Shown here piece by piece: positions 62,843 to 64,000 of a stretch of DNA of 64,000 nt. The translations under genes were made by a program, and so were the position numbers. The DNA is from Candidatus Bathyarchaeota archaeon (GTDB taxonomy: Archaea > Thermoproteota > Bathyarchaeia > Bathyarchaeales > Bathycorpusculaceae): positions 35,336 to 99,335 of the forward strand of contig CAVZPM010000037.1 in the NCBI GenBank assembly GCA_963777155.1, read 5' to 3'. Position 1 is the first letter of the stretch; every line of letters starts with the position of its first letter. The notes under the pieces are model-generated. The model had not been told where the DNA came from, made no database searches, and worked only from the letters and a program-made list of their open reading frames with translations.

Positions 62843-64000
62843 TTAGTAAAGGCTTCTTTTTTCGAGTCTTGGAACTACCATAATCAAAACTAACATCAGA
62901 GTTGTCAAAATAAATGCTATAACTGATATTTTAATTCCCAGTTGGAGATACCCCTCAGGTGTATAAGTTATGGTTATATCAGAGGTTTTTTCATTTGCAC
63001 GTCAAGGTTGCCGTCAATTAAATAGCCATTATTGACTGAGTTTATAATAATTCGTGGAGTGATGTTCTATTAGATTCCCAAAACTCGTCATATGGCTCCT
63101 GATAGTCCAAGATAAACTGCTTTGTACCGTTTAGAGTACTGAAAAGGGAACCGGATGACTTTTCATAACTAACTACATAAGGTTCTGCACCACCGCCAAG
63201 AATGTTATTTAGACTTTCCGTTGGACCGTTTGTATTGTTGACTGAATAGACGATTGCCACCTCGACGCTTAAAGAAGAGAAGTCTATGGTGTGGTATCCT
63301 GGCTTAAAAATTGATCGGCCCCGTTGAATACCAATTTTCGGTATCAGAAAACGAATCGGTACTAAACACGTTTTGCACTTTATTGTCTACAGTTAAAGTC
63401 AGTGGGTTATGTGTCAATGATTGATTGGTTTGGAAATTAATTATGTAGAGAGCAGGATATGGCGCAAAAATTGAAACTTTATCATTATTTTCTGTAGAAT
63501 TTAAGAATGGCTTGTTCATTAGATAGAAAATCTTAGCGCTGGATTCATTTATCAGGTTAGTTAAATTCTGAAGATGTTTTGCAAGCTCATTCACGGTGGG
63601 TAAAGCAACGAGATTGACTGCATTTAAGCCACCTTCACTAGTGACCCTAAGTGTATGCGATCCGCTGTTTAGGGTTACGTTACTTAGATTTACCCATTTA
63701 AAACCTGTTCCAGAATTCTTAACGGAAGCAGTGTTGATCGTAATCGTATCGTTACCGTTATCAATTGAAGAGGTCATATTTCCTCCATCTGGACTGAATA
63801 ATAACCTCAACCAAATAGAATATTCAGCAGATTTAACAATTTTAACAGGTAAATCGAGAGCTGCCCCAACATTTGTTGTATATAGAATGTTATGACCTAA
63901 ACCAAAATCATATTTTTCGCCCATGTAATTGCTTAGAGAAATAGGAGTCCATGAGAAGCTTGTTACTGCAGTACTGAGCCACCAATCAGTCGAAGTATTA
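62843..64000 (-). CDS. Large membrane protein with carbohydrate-binding-like beta-sandwich domains, C-terminal part, frameshifted
   Basis: YSIWLRLLFSPDGG...FKWV...L-x-SGSHTL; QEPYDEFW; C-terminal TM then stop at 62843. Confidence 0.55.

Noticed and set aside
1-64000. CRISPR array, rRNA, complete tRNA, transposase, integrase or reverse transcriptase
   Set aside because: No regularly spaced repeat-spacer units, no full cloverleaf and no recognisable catalytic motifs found.

Overview
Archaeal chromosomal window, most likely Bathyarchaeia. This is inferred from an HMf-type histone, a group II chaperonin, TrmB and tandem Lrp/AsnC regulators, and four paralogous ~870-930 aa secreted PQQ-type beta-propeller surface proteins plus a fifth, BamB-like one. 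Many genes are split by single-base frameshifts, probably long-read indel errors. Known functional blocks are a Drr-type ABC exporter, UDP-sugar genes (ugd, galU, UDP-GlcA decarboxylase), a cluster of small stress-type genes, a polyphosphate/Mg2+ island (ppk2, ppx, CHAD-metallophosphoesterase-HD fusion, ppk1, CYTH, mgtA, corA), thermosome and Hsp20. The most unusual signals lie outside the ORF track: (1) an 18-aa Lys-rich, histone-tail/H1-like peptide gene (MAKKPAKKEVKKAPAKKK) divergent from the tail-less histone and bracketed by a perfect 9-bp inverted repeat; (2) a palindromic operator GT-N3-TGT-N6-ACA-N3-AC, six clear copies plus one degenerate copy, always 5 bp upstream of a TATA-like box; (3) a dispersed ~105-bp structured repeat with a conserved bulge, often just downstream of the beta-propeller genes; (4) a candidate structured ncRNA under that operator, upstream of corA. 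All family assignments come from motif recognition by eye; no database searches were run.
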